A stretch of DNA of 64,000 nt from IMG/VR virus record IMGVR_UViG_3300036762_000188. One strand, written 5' to 3'. Below the pieces are notes generated by a model. The model was not told the DNA's origin, ran no database searches, and was given only the letters and a program-made list of their open reading frames with translations. A program made the position numbers and the translations under genes. How positions within the stretch are numbered: the stretch's first letter is position 1; each line of letters starts with the position of its first letter. Origin of the DNA: a virus (taxonomy: Duplodnaviria; Caudoviricetes). Below are positions 38,366 to 48,314 of the stretch, piece by piece.

Positions 38366-38890
38366 TCATAATCCTTCTAGTTTTCTGAAGATGTGGCTTA
38401 TTCTCATAGAATAATCGGTCACCTTCCACCGATCTTCGACTATGTAAGGTACACTTATAGTGATTTTAAACTTTTCTGTGTCCTCTCCTACCATCTCGCA
38501 TACAGATATGTCTATATCTGATCCGAAACGCTGCATGCCGAACTTAGACTCTATGAGGGGTCTAGACCACGAGAGGAATTTCCTCAAGTAATCTGATATG
38601 ATTTCACACTCGCCTTCTTCCCTGGCTTCTACTAAGAACATAAACATGCCGTTGACGTCTTGGCGCATTATAGTATCTGCCGTAGCATTGGACTGTAAAC
38701 CAGACCCTATAAACTGAGTGCCTGAGCGGTAAGGTCCGCGCTGTAGCATAACACGCGGCATGACCTGTATTTTCTCTTCGTTACGGTCATTTATCATCTG
38801 TACGTGTACGTTCATATCTGCCATATCGGCAAATAATGCTTTAACTAGTTTAAGTATAAAACCACCGATATGATAATTACTATACTCCAT
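38366..38890 (-). CDS. tail terminator / completion protein (putative)
   Basis: Position between neck and sheath genes; size. Confidence 0.55.
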   Translation of the reverse strand: MEYSNYHIGGFILKLVKALFADMADMNVHVQMINDRNEEKIQVMPRVMLQRGPYRSGTQFIGSGLQSNATADTIMRQDVNGMFMFLVEAREEGECEIISDYLRKFLSWSRPLIESKFGMQRFGSDIDISVCEMVGEDTEKFKITISVPYIVEDRWKVTDYSMRISHIFRKLEGL

Positions 38891-39716
38891 GGACGTGCTC
38901 CTTATAATTAAACAGGTCGACGTATGGTAGGTCGAATAGTAGATTCTCCACGTGATTCTTACCTAATTCTTTAAGTACTACGGACTGGTGCTGTACGGTA
39001 GTCAACATCTCCGTACTACCTCGATGCCCTTCTACTCGGAATACCTTGCGATCTGATAACCTTAGTACTATAGCATGAGGCTGTAAGCTCGGGTAAGGTA
39101 TAGTCCACGCTGAGGACATTATATCCTCTCTATTACCTATATAATCAGCTTGCATGCTAGGGTCTATAGGACCGAAGCTTATCTTAGTGAGCATACCCGT
39201 ATGATACCCACCTTCATAAGAAGTGCCATAGCAAGTACGGCAGTGATCTTTTGTAGTACGCTTAGTATTATCATCCCAGCATTCGCTACATCTAGGACCT
39301 CTAATCTTAGGTGTAAATACTACTGAGTCCACACCTACGAATTTCTTAAGGAGTATAGACTCTCTGCGTATTATATCCCTCCACCTCAGCCAGTGGAACC
39401 TAGACAGCTGCTGAGAGGGTCCTACAGGGGTAGTGAACACTCCCTGACCTTCTACAATAAATAGCTCATCGTAGAATTTACGATCCTGTAAGCATGGGGC
39501 TACATAAAACGTATCGGTTATCGGTATCGCAGTAAGCTTACGATAAGGACCTCCCTCTGAATCCATAGAGTAAACAGTATATGGTCCACCAAAATCCTCC
39601 CATTCTATAAATGAGGTAGAACCCCAGGAAGGGGTGACCTTCACAGTTATATTCGAGAAGGTCGGTTTGTCTATCACCTCTCCGGTGATAAAGTACTGCC
39701 AATCTATCTTTACCAT
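38880..39716 (-). CDS. neck / head-closure protein (putative)
   Basis: C.ECWD...CRTCYGT.YEGGY motif; follows the adaptor. Confidence 0.55.
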   Translation of the reverse strand: MVKIDWQYFITGEVIDKPTFSNITVKVTPSWGSTSFIEWEDFGGPYTVYSMDSEGGPYRKLTAIPITDTFYVAPCLQDRKFYDELFIVEGQGVFTTPVGPSQQLSRFHWLRWRDIIRRESILLKKFVGVDSVVFTPKIRGPRCSECWDDNTKRTTKDHCRTCYGTSYEGGYHTGMLTKISFGPIDPSMQADYIGNREDIMSSAWTIPYPSLQPHAIVLRLSDRKVFRVEGHRGSTEMLTTVQHQSVVLKELGKNHVENLLFDLPYVDLFNYKEHVHGV

Positions 39717-40144
39717 GTAGGGAACGTCGCGTAATCAGTTGATACAGAGCCCCAGCCGGCCTCCATATTAATAGCTATCTTAAGACTCTTAGCACTCTGT
39801 GAGAATAAGTCTTGATACATACCGGCTAGCTGTATGTAAAACTGGTAGCGCTCTTCTATAGGTACCGTTAAACCTCCGTCTGAGTAAGACATCTGGTTAC
39901 GAGCTGCTAAGGCAGATTGCCCTAGAAACAACTGCCATAAAGTACCGTATAATAGTACTGCCTTACTACGTAGTGTAGTCTCCGTATCGCTAGTTAACGG
40001 TGGAGTATTGTTGTAAGAATCCAGTGCCATACTCTTAGCCAGGTCTATACGGGCGTCTGAGAATTCTACACCATCCAGTAGATGGTTATCATCTACAGAG
40101 TCTGCTATATAAGTCCTTACTTCCTCTGCTGTTAAACTAGCCAT
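39710..40144 (-). CDS. head-tail adaptor protein (putative)
   Basis: EVR.YI.D, YSDGGL; helical 144 aa downstream of the capsid gene. Confidence 0.6.
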   Translation of the reverse strand: MASLTAEEVRTYIADSVDDNHLLDGVEFSDARIDLAKSMALDSYNNTPPLTSDTETTLRSKAVLLYGTLWQLFLGQSALAARNQMSYSDGGLTVPIEERYQFYIQLAGMYQDLFSQSAKSLKIAINMEAGWGSVSTDYATFPTW

Positions 40145-40147
40145 AGA

Positions 40148-40645
40148 TTACCCCTTGAATTCAGCTATCATAACGGCTTTAGACTTACGACGGTCTAGCT
40201 CTACACCTTTTGATCTTGCGTAGGCTTCGATCTCGATTTTAGACATACTCTCCAGATCAACTTCATCAGTAGACTCAGAACTATCAGTATCAGTACCGTC
40301 TTCCACCATAATCTCAGCGATTTCATTAGTATCTTCGATAAGCTCTGCTTCAGGCTCTGCCAATTCTGCTTCATCTGATTCACCTGCTTCACCTGCCAGT
40401 TCTGCTTCACCTGCCAGTTCTGCTTCAGGCTCTGCCAGTTCTGCTTCATCTGCGACACCTTTAAGTTCGAATACTTCTGGTATAATGCGTAAAGTCTTAA
40501 TCTTATCTCCTCTACTATAAATATCTCCATTAGGTGATATCATATCATCAAGCAGGGCTTTGGCCATTGTAGCTTCTAAGCGAGTCATGACACCTTCTGC
40601 CACACTATCAATAACCCATAGGTCAAATGTATCTCTAGTAATCAT
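40148..40645 (-). CDS. acidic repeat protein with C-terminal HeH/Rho-N-like motif
   Basis: EAELA(E/G) repeats and LESMSK.EIEAYA...GVELDRRKSK..MI. Confidence 0.65.
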   Translation of the reverse strand: MITRDTFDLWVIDSVAEGVMTRLEATMAKALLDDMISPNGDIYSRGDKIKTLRIIPEVFELKGVADEAELAEPEAELAGEAELAGEAGESDEAELAEPEAELIEDTNEIAEIMVEDGTDTDSSESTDEVDLESMSKIEIEAYARSKGVELDRRKSKAVMIAEFKG

Positions 40646-40681
40646 ATACTACTCCTTTGTGTATACTTTATTTTAGGTAAT

Positions 40682-40711
40682 AAAAAAGGGTCCCTAAGGA
40701 CCCTTTTATTT
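40682..40711 (-). terminator. terminator downstream of the major capsid gene
   Basis: AAAAAAGGGTCC-CTAA-GGACCCTTTT, bidirectional form. Confidence 0.8.
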
Positions 40712-40712
40712 A

Positions 40713-41708
40713 TCAGCTCAATCGAGGGCTGATCTTACCGATCACGAAGGCTTTCGTGTTACCGATACCTACGCCTACTGCCTCATAAGTACGGAAGCTA
40801 ATCATATCAGCTTCAGCCTTCAAGAACACAGTCGGTTCTTGTAGAGAGTAGAATTGGCCCAGATACTCTTCCGGAGCAAACGCAACAACTAGGTTACCCT
40901 TGTTAGTACGTGACACTGCGGTGCCATCCAAGAAGTCACTTGACAAGATGTCAGACTTGTTAGAGGTCACGATGTCTAGCCCGTAGAAACCTTCCATGCT
41001 ACCAGTATCAAAGTGGCGAGCTGCAGTAGCATCACCAAGCTGAGTAGCTGGTTCACGTAGGATGGCTAGGTACAATTGATGAGACATCAATACCTTACCA
41101 GGCTTCTGGAAGTCATCTACCAGGAACTGAACTAGCTGCATTACTTTATCAGTAACGCGAGTACCAGTCAAAGACAGATCAGTTAGATAAGGCTTCTGTG
41201 CAGTTTCCAGAGGGAAATCACCGCTAGCACCAGTGTTACGTGCATTAAAGATTGAACCTAGAGCAGACACGAAGTTACTGTCTTCTGCTTTCTGAATATC
41301 CTTAACGCTGTTCTCTTGCAGGATCTGACGGATGTCAGTCTTGTAAGTAGCTAGCTCGAACTTAGACTTAGTGAATTCAGCAGATTCAATCTTACTGAAA
41401 CCTACTTCATAACGAGTACCTTTGAAGTAGCGCAGTTCGCTCTTACCGCTCAAGTCGATAGTAGCAGCTACTGAGTCAGGTTCTTTCTCGATGATAACAC
41501 GAGGTTGATCATCAAGACCGCGGTCTAGATCGCTAGAGTTAACCATTACAGGAGTGAAGATTTTACGAGTAAAACCGTCTTCACGTAATTTTTGACGTAC
41601 GAATGCAGACATAGCCGCAGACGCTTCTTTAGTCATGCCTTTATCGATCTTGTCGATGAAAGCTGAGTTCATGTATTGAACATTGACTGTTTCAGTGTTG
41701 TAATCCAT
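40713..41708 (-). CDS. major capsid protein
   Basis: 331 aa downstream of protease, scaffold and decoration genes; strongly biased codons; terminator follows. Confidence 0.8.
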   Translation of the reverse strand: MDYNTETVNVQYMNSAFIDKIDKGMTKEASAAMSAFVRQKLREDGFTRKIFTPVMVNSSDLDRGLDDQPRVIIEKEPDSVAATIDLSGKSELRYFKGTRYEVGFSKIESAEFTKSKFELATYKTDIRQILQENSVKDIQKAEDSNFVSALGSIFNARNTGASGDFPLETAQKPYLTDLSLTGTRVTDKVMQLVQFLVDDFQKPGKVLMSHQLYLAILREPATQLGDATAARHFDTGSMEGFYGLDIVTSNKSDILSSDFLDGTAVSRTNKGNLVVAFAPEEYLGQFYSLQEPTVFLKAEADMISFRTYEAVGVGIGNTKAFVIGKISPRLS

Positions 41709-41718
41709 TATTTACCCC

Positions 41719-42210
41719 TTAACGTACAACGATGGTAGCTGATTTAGCTGCAGTACCGTCAGCTAAAAATACATCGCTAACATCAGTACAGAAACCACGC
41801 TTGACAGTAAGAGTACCGTCTACAGCAGCCCATTTGCCATTAGCGCTAACGCCTACAGCAGTTCCTTTTACAGGGATAGCAGCACCTACAGTAGCGCCTG
41901 TTTCGATGTTAGTAGTACGAACTACATAGTTACCGAATAGTACGATAGCAGGAGTGGCAGTTCCGCCTGTGCCTACGCTGTTAGTACGACGATCGCGGGG
42001 ACCGCGAGCAACGATACCGATTTCTACAGCATCAGTAGTAGCGCCAGCAATGGCAATACCATCAGACGCCAGTACTACCAAATCGCCATTACCAGCCTGG
42101 GCCGCACCGTATGAAGCACTAACTGGAAGATTCATCTCCAGAGTAGGCTCCGCTACTGGCCAACCACGTTGGAATTCAGCGACGTATTCCATAGTGTTTA
42201 CTTGTGACAT
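41719..42210 (-). CDS. capsid decoration / cement protein (putative)
   Basis: 163 aa, Gly/Ala/Thr/Val-rich, directly upstream of the capsid gene. Confidence 0.65.
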   Translation of the reverse strand: MSQVNTMEYVAEFQRGWPVAEPTLEMNLPVSASYGAAQAGNGDLVVLASDGIAIAGATTDAVEIGIVARGPRDRRTNSVGTGGTATPAIVLFGNYVVRTTNIETGATVGAAIPVKGTAVGVSANGKWAAVDGTLTVKRGFCTDVSDVFLADGTAAKSATIVVR

Positions 42211-42231
42211 AATTGTCTAATCTCCGTTAAA

Positions 42232-42738
42232 TTAAGACATGCAGAATCTAAGCATTGGATCGCCGTCTGTATCCATTTTAGTAGAAGGACCACCGTATGA
42301 TGGGACGTCCGCTGTAATGGTTCTGGCCATCTTCTCTAGAAGTGAGGGATCTAGCTCCGCAAGTTTTTCAAGATCTTCCTCGCTGAAAGCATCTTTCAGG
42401 GCTTCTACTGAAGTTCTGCTAGAGGCTGATTTAGTAAGGTTTTTAATCTCTACTTCTTTATCACTTAGTTTAACCTCTAAACCAGTGATGTGTGAAGCTA
42501 CTTTAGTAAGAATATCACCCATACGGGCATATTCTGATTGTAACTTAAGCTCGAGTTCTCTATTAGGCGAGACCTCTTCAGCAAGTTTTTCAAGCAGCTT
42601 GTCGGCTTCTTCTTCAGATACGCCTTCAGCTACCAGCTTGGCAGAGGCTGCTTTCTTAACCATCTGCCAATCGCCGTCAGAAGCTTTAGCCTCGAGTTCG
42701 CGAGCCTGACTTAGCAGTAACTCTACGACTCTAGACAT
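42232..42738 (-). CDS. scaffold-like coiled-coil protein
   Basis: Helical; VKKAS, EKLA, TKVAS, TKSAS and EKMA motifs. Confidence 0.6.
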   Translation of the reverse strand: MSRVVELLLSQARELEAKASDGDWQMVKKAASAKLVAEGVSEEEADKLLEKLAEEVSPNRELELKLQSEYARMGDILTKVASHITGLEVKLSDKEVEIKNLTKSASSRTSVEALKDAFSEEDLEKLAELDPSLLEKMARTITADVPSYGGPSTKMDTDGDPMLRFCMS

Positions 42739-42739
42739 A

Positions 42740-43642
42740 TTAACCTCGAGCTGCTTCGTTTACTAGCTGCAATGCTCTCTCTACATCAAGACCATCTTCT
42801 TCTACTAAAGTCTTTACAGCAGCTGCCTTCTCTAGATCGCTGTATTGTGGAGTAGTCATATACGCCACTGCGTCATCGAATGAATAGCCACTTTGTACGG
42901 CTTCTAGGATAGAGGCTGCTTTAATCATCTCGTTTTCAGCTAGCTCAGAAGCCTGCTTAACTAGAGCTACCGCATCTTCAAGATCGTAACCTTCAGCAGT
43001 CAAAGACTCGATGAAAGCACGCTTCTCACGAGAAGCTAGAGCTGCACCAACACCGGTAGCAGCAGCTACGCCAGCAGCAATGCCTAGAGCTTTCTTATTT
43101 TTCTTAGCGAAGGCTTTGACCTTGTCCATTTTACCCATAGGGGCAGCTTTAGGGGCAGCTTTAGGGGCCTGGTTAAATGCCTTGCCCGGAGTAGGAGTAC
43201 GTTTACCCATAGCTGGAGTACGTTTACCCATAGCAGCCTGTTTTACCATCTCTACCGCGTCATCGAATGAGTAGCCTGATTCCAATAGTTCACCAAGAGC
43301 CGCAGCTTTCTCGATAGTATCTTCAGTGTCTTCATCCATGTCTTCGTCTTCATCTACGCCTGCACGATCCATGATAGCCTTAGCGGTATCAGTAATAGTA
43401 CCTACTAGAGGAGTATCTTCAATAGCGTCGTCAGCGTCAGCTACCATATCATCAGTTTCATCAATAACATTGTTAGCACGCTTAAGCATACCAATGATAT
43501 TATCTGCTAAGGCTAGGCCTTTTTGGCTCATAGTGTCGTCTCCGTCAGAGGCTTGTTTAGTTAAAGTTTGTTCAAGCTCGTTAGTTTGAGGGGCTGTTAC
43601 GCCGGATACCTCATCTAACAGAGCGTCAAGGGGTGATTTCAT
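42740..43642 (-). CDS. scaffold / internal head protein
   Basis: Repeated EKAA...GYSFDDAV..VKQA units and short internal tandem repeats. Confidence 0.6.
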   Translation of the reverse strand: MKSPLDALLDEVSGVTAPQTNELEQTLTKQASDGDDTMSQKGLALADNIIGMLKRANNVIDETDDMVADADDAIEDTPLVGTITDTAKAIMDRAGVDEDEDMDEDTEDTIEKAAALGELLESGYSFDDAVEMVKQAAMGKRTPAMGKRTPTPGKAFNQAPKAAPKAAPMGKMDKVKAFAKKNKKALGIAAGVAAATGVGAALASREKRAFIESLTAEGYDLEDAVALVKQASELAENEMIKAASILEAVQSGYSFDDAVAYMTTPQYSDLEKAAAVKTLVEEDGLDVERALQLVNEAARG

Positions 43643-45000
43643 AATTTCTCCAAGTCCTTAGATAAGGATAAATCCATTAGCAGGACAGGTACATCTGCCA
43701 CATACTTAGATTTTACAGCGAATTTAGTTAAAGCAGAAGATATATTCGATATCATCATTTTTGCTATAATGGCTCCACCTACTAATTGTAATAGAGAGCT
43801 ACTACTTTTACGTACCCGAGATGAATCTACAGGCTCCCTGCCAGGCTGCCAGTTAAGATAGCCGGAAGCTCTCTTCTCTACATATGGCATGGCGTAACTG
43901 CAGTGATCCATATAGCGCCATAAAGTTCTTACCAAGTATGGGTTAGGTTCATGATCTTCGATGTCAGGCACTAAATCTTTAGAAGATTCTGGTATGGCCG
44001 AGAGGCCTCTAGCAGATAACTCTGATAGTGCACTAGCAGCTACAGAGGACACATCACCGTCTACATACTTACTTACTAGTATTTTAAGCATAAATTCTAG
44101 TGATGGATTAATGCTTAAGTATCCTAGCGTAGATATTATATCCTCGAGAGAATATCCTTTAAGATCGTCTATCAGGCTATCATCTGGATCTTTAATATCC
44201 TTAAGTATACTCTGAAGAGTATCACTGATATCTACTATATCACCCGGAGAGTTCTTAATTAAATCTGAGAACTTCTCTATAGCCATCTTAGTTATATTAG
44301 AAGTACGTGGAGTGTACTCTACACCTTCTAACTCGGCCATCTCTGCGCTACCTATCTCTACACCTGCTACCTTCTGAAGTACAGAAGATGTTACATCAGC
44401 AGGACGCATTACGATAGATATATCGAAGAACTTAAGAGGCCCGCTGTTAATAGCGTATACCCCACGGCCGTCACTAAGCACCTGCCTTAATTGAGTATTT
44501 AAGTGAGAACAATACTCCGAGCGACTATGGGCCTTATTACCACAGATAGAGCATACGTCGAATGGAGTGTGGCAGGCCATAGAGGTCTGAGGATACTCCC
44601 CGCGCACGATAGCTAGGTATTCAGGTGCCGCACGCTCACGATCAAGTTCGGCTATAAGTTCTACTCGGTGCATACGCTCGTTATAATACGAGTATATCAC
44701 ACGGCCTATGGCTATCTCAGGATTCTTATTAATGTGATGCCTGTACACATGGGCAGGGGTGGTCTCGAAGGTCTTGTGCCAAGCCTTAAGATTTTCCTCC
44801 GGGAAATAATCGCCGTTACGATTATTCCCGTAGTACTCCCCTGCGCCCATAGCGTTAATATGCAGGTAGAACTTATTCTTATCCGGAGTGATACTAGAGA
44901 TGAAATCAGCTACCTCGCTGGCAGTAGCCCTCTTCTCTAGTGAGAAGTCGATCATACCGCCCACATCGTCGTATTCGAAGTGTCTTAGTAGCTTATCCAT
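43639..45000 (-). CDS. prohead maturation protease
   Basis: N.NGDYF, VYRHH.NK, TSMAC....CSICG and FFDISIV..PAD pattern; upstream of scaffold and capsid. Confidence 0.72.
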   Translation of the reverse strand: MDKLLRHFEYDDVGGMIDFSLEKRATASEVADFISSITPDKNKFYLHINAMGAGEYYGNNRNGDYFPEENLKAWHKTFETTPAHVYRHHINKNPEIAIGRVIYSYYNERMHRVELIAELDRERAAPEYLAIVRGEYPQTSMACHTPFDVCSICGNKAHSRSEYCSHLNTQLRQVLSDGRGVYAINSGPLKFFDISIVMRPADVTSSVLQKVAGVEIGSAEMAELEGVEYTPRTSNITKMAIEKFSDLIKNSPGDIVDISDTLQSILKDIKDPDDSLIDDLKGYSLEDIISTLGYLSINPSLEFMLKILVSKYVDGDVSSVAASALSELSARGLSAIPESSKDLVPDIEDHEPNPYLVRTLWRYMDHCSYAMPYVEKRASGYLNWQPGREPVDSSRVRKSSSSLLQLVGGAIIAKMMISNISSALTKFAVKSKYVADVPVLLMDLSLSKDLEKL

Positions 45001-45377
45001 TACATATCCCTGATTATCGCGTCTGCGTCGTCTTCAGTTAAACCGGCTTCTAGTAAAGCTGCTTTTTGAGGACTAAACACCTTCTTAATAGTACCTACAC
45101 CAGCACCTATAACACCGCCGGATAGACCACCTTGTATGGCACCGCCTAGAGCTCCTAGGGCGGTTCCACCTGCAGCAACTCCTAGGGTGGCCCCTCCAAA
45201 TCCCATCCTATGTGCCATTATACCAGCTAGCAAGCCAGCGCCTGCACCACCTAGCCCAGCACCAATCTTAGCACCTTTCTTAACACCTGCCTTAGTGTCT
45301 TCCCATACGGTCGCCTGCTTAATTAACGCATTAGCGTCAGCTTCAGTAAGGCCTAACTCTAATAATTCGTCTTTCAT
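45000..45377 (-). CDS. Gly-zipper virion protein with K-x-A motifs
   Basis: IKQA and QKAA flank a Gly-zipper; the LLE.GLTE.DA.A.I unit occurs at both ends. Confidence 0.6.
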   Translation of the reverse strand: MKDELLELGLTEADANALIKQATVWEDTKAGVKKGAKIGAGLGGAGAGLLAGIMAHRMGFGGATLGVAAGGTALGALGGAIQGGLSGGVIGAGVGTIKKVFSPQKAALLEAGLTEDDADAIIRDM

Positions 45378-46222
45378 CCTAGTCTCTCTCTTATTTTCAA
45401 AGCTATATCATCCATTTGTCCCGCGTCTTCATTATGACCACCGGCACGTAAAGAGCTGGCTAATTCACATGCAGCTCGATAAGTAGCCTTAGTCAGACCT
45501 ACGCCTAGACCTAAGGTACCGCCTGCAGCGTAGCCGAGGGCCTTACCTGAAACACCGCCTACCATAACACCACCTGCCACACCAGCAAGAGCAGTACCTA
45601 TACCAGGTATGGGATCCCTTACATTAATACCGGCTCTTTCTCCTACAGCTAGAGCCGTACCAGCGCCAATCAGACTACCAACACGTCTACCTGCTACCTC
45701 GCCGATAGCACCCCCGGCAGATGCTCCACCGCGGATATCGTCCCATACACCGGCCTTTTTCTTCATACCGGATACACGGGCCTTCTCTACAAGGGTACCT
45801 ACTACTGATCCTAATGCAGCACCGGCTACCATGTTGCGTACACCTAACTTGTGGGTGCGAGAGTTAAACTTAGGTATCTTCCTTTTTAAAGAGCTTTGTA
45901 ATGCATCTCGGAGTTTATTATTCTGATGGATGCGTAGACCGTAATCCGCCCCGGCTATAATAGCGCCACCCACAGCGCCTCTAGCAGCCTCGCCCTTTAG
46001 ATTAGAGGGGCGAGTATTATGGGTAGCCTTGCGTTGCTTGCCTACCTTATATGCTCCGTATGCAGCAGCGCCTACGCCTAGGGCGCCGGCGGCGGTGGCG
46101 GCACCTTTAAGGCCTCCTGTAACTTTTTTACGTCGGGCAGCTTTGATCTTATCCATATGATGGACTATAGCACTTGCGTTATGCAGGCTACGGTCCTTCA
46201 TATAATTATGGTATACGGACAT
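45374..46222 (-). CDS. basic Gly-zipper virion protein
   Basis: 282 aa, several GxxxG hydrophobic segments, MKKKA. Confidence 0.6.
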   Translation of the reverse strand: MSVYHNYMKDRSLHNASAIVHHMDKIKAARRKKVTGGLKGAATAAGALGVGAAAYGAYKVGKQRKATHNTRPSNLKGEAARGAVGGAIIAGADYGLRIHQNNKLRDALQSSLKRKIPKFNSRTHKLGVRNMVAGAALGSVVGTLVEKARVSGMKKKAGVWDDIRGGASAGGAIGEVAGRRVGSLIGAGTALAVGERAGINVRDPIPGIGTALAGVAGGVMVGGVSGKALGYAAGGTLGLGVGLTKATYRAACELASSLRAGGHNEDAGQMDDIALKIRERLG

Positions 46223-46226
46223 GGTA

Positions 46227-46838
46227 TCACTTCAGCAACTTAGCTGCCACAGAAGGGTTATTATCTAAGTAACGTTTTTCTAAGTCAGTTACTGCGCGCA
46301 TAGTCTCTACGTCCATAGATTCACCGCGAACACTGTGTGTTAGAACGTTGGCTAGGATGTTAGGGTCCTGAGCTATGTTAGGGCCGTAGCGGTAGATGGT
46401 ATCCGCGAAGCTCTTAACCTTCTCATAATCTTCCTGCTGTAGAATAACGTTACGTTCTATAACAGTTTTAAGAGTACGCTCGAACTTAAGGCGATCAGCT
46501 GCGTTACCCACTGCTTTAATAGCTTTACTCATGGCTATAGCAGATAGCCCTACTAGGGCCGTGGCACCTGCGGCACCTAAAGCTTTAGCTGCAGAGCCGG
46601 AAACGTTCTGCCCGAAAGTATCTTGGTGCAGTATTCTATTGCCATCACGATTTAGTACCGGGGAGCCTACGGGATGATCCCATACTCCAGTAAAAGCGTC
46701 TGTCCAGTCTGCTAACTTCTCCATATCCACACCTTCTAGAAGTGCTTCCATCTCTAATGAAGCTGACTTGATAAGATCAGCTTTCTCCGGGATGTCTTCG
46801 ATGGTATTCTCTAGCATTTCTTTAAATTGTTCTATCAT
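46227..46838 (-). CDS. putative internal head protein
   Basis: IKSAS, MEKLA and an Ala-rich hydrophobic segment. Confidence 0.6.
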   Translation of the reverse strand: MIEQFKEMLENTIEDIPEKADLIKSASLEMEALLEGVDMEKLADWTDAFTGVWDHPVGSPVLNRDGNRILHQDTFGQNVSGSAAKALGAAGATALVGLSAIAMSKAIKAVGNAADRLKFERTLKTVIERNVILQQEDYEKVKSFADTIYRYGPNIAQDPNILANVLTHSVRGESMDVETMRAVTDLEKRYLDNNPSVAAKLLK

Positions 46839-46839
46839 A

Positions 46840-47679
46840 TTAACCTCGTAGGTCTGACCAGGGATTGTAATTCTTCTTAGCTCTATTACGTACTTCAGAC
46901 GCCATACCAGCAGCCTCTACCATACCGACTCCTTTCTTAAGCTTGCTCACACCCTTGACTTTACCGAGTTTTGAGCCCATTTTAGATCCTGCGCTGGCAA
47001 GCATAGACGCTCCTCTTACCAGTAAAGGTGCCATGGCTTTCTTAAGAAATTCGTCCGCTCTATTTAAAGTAGCCTTACGGGAACTTAATGTAGCGTCTAT
47101 TTCAGCTAGTTTTTCTAAGTTATCTGAAAGATATTTTACGTCAAGCAGAGCACTAGGGGCTAGTTTACGATGATCAGAAGCCTCTTTTTTAAAGAACTCG
47201 CGTACAGTATCATAGTGTTGTACTGCTACATCAAAATCATCTCTCTTAGCTATACGAGATGAATCACTAGCTATCTTAGTCATTATAGAGTCTCGAGTCA
47301 CCGATAGTTCCTCTATCTCTCTGCGGCATGCCTGAGCCTCGCGATATATATCTGATGCCCGTACCTCATCAGAATGCTCTGCTACCTTCTCCATGTCATA
47401 CGAGAACATATCTCGTATAGAGACTGACGCAGCCTTTTCTATCTCTGACGGTACCGCGATAGATCCCATGACAGTATCATAATCTGCTAGTGGAAATTCT
47501 ATGGTACGATCGCCCTTAGTCATCCTAGATAAGTAGGCTAGTTTATTAGTAGCCTCGATTAGGCGTTTAATAAAGTCTGAAGATAAGTCCTCGCGTAAGG
47601 ATATTTCTAATACAGCAGCATTTAAATCTTCTTTGGCAGCAGCTTCCACTGCCAGCATGGTTATTTCGTCTTGGTTCAT
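46840..47679 (-). CDS. putative internal head protein
   Basis: EKAAS, MEKVA, TKIAS, KKEAS, EKLA, LKKA. Confidence 0.6.
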   Translation of the reverse strand: MNQDEITMLAVEAAAKEDLNAAVLEISLREDLSSDFIKRLIEATNKLAYLSRMTKGDRTIEFPLADYDTVMGSIAVPSEIEKAASVSIRDMFSYDMEKVAEHSDEVRASDIYREAQACRREIEELSVTRDSIMTKIASDSSRIAKRDDFDVAVQHYDTVREFFKKEASDHRKLAPSALLDVKYLSDNLEKLAEIDATLSSRKATLNRADEFLKKAMAPLLVRGASMLASAGSKMGSKLGKVKGVSKLKKGVGMVEAAGMASEVRNRAKKNYNPWSDLRG

Positions 47680-48314
47680 GTTAGGTCCTCTATAGACATT
47701 ATATTTGAATTGGACTCGGTTATCTTCTCAAGTTCTAGTAGAAGCTGTTCCTCTGCTTCATCCACTTCAGGCTCTATATCAGTAAGTTGTTTAATAAGTG
47801 CAGAAGCGTGTTTAGACCAGTGACGGGCCTCTTTAGAAGCGTCCGCGGTATTACCATTAAAAAACGCCTCTCTACTACGATACACCGCATCGGCGCATAA
47901 CTGTGCTAGAATAGACGTTTTATCATAGTCAGGCAACAGACCCATACGCCATGTGACGAAGGGCAGGCCTGCTGATAGGGCCCACTTCTTCATCTGTAAC
48001 TCCGAAGGATCTCCTATAGTGGCTATATGAGCCACTACATGTATCCTAGAGAGATCGTGCACCGAGTAGTACAGGTCGTGATACAATTGGATTACCTCTA
48101 AAGGTAGTCCCATCAGGTCGGATATAGCGTCTAAGTCCTTAGTGGCTATCAAAGATGCTTCCACGTAGGTCTTGACTAACTTGTCCCTACCCAGGTTTGT
48201 GACTTCTTCTACCAACTCTTTAGGTATAGTACCGTCTAGTATATCATCCACTAAAGGATCCTTACCTTCAATACTTCTAGAGAGTAACCAAGATCTATAT
48301 CCGACGCTACTCAT
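47676..48314 (-). CDS. hypothetical helical protein
   Basis: 212 aa, coupled to both neighbours. Confidence 0.6.
   Translation of the reverse strand: MSSVGYRSWLLSRSIEGKDPLVDDILDGTIPKELVEEVTNLGRDKLVKTYVEASLIATKDLDAISDLMGLPLEVIQLYHDLYYSVHDLSRIHVVAHIATIGDPSELQMKKWALSAGLPFVTWRMGLLPDYDKTSILAQLCADAVYRSREAFFNGNTADASKEARHWSKHASALIKQLTDIEPEVDEAEEQLLLELEKITESNSNIMSIEDLT

Noticed and set aside
40201-40530. Alternative-frame ORF with KQNWQ repeats
   Set aside because: An out-of-frame reading of the EAELA repeat in 40148-40645.
47676-48314. Terminase small subunit call
   Set aside because: Size and helical content are compatible, but there is no diagnostic motif and it is not adjacent to the large subunit; left as hypothetical.
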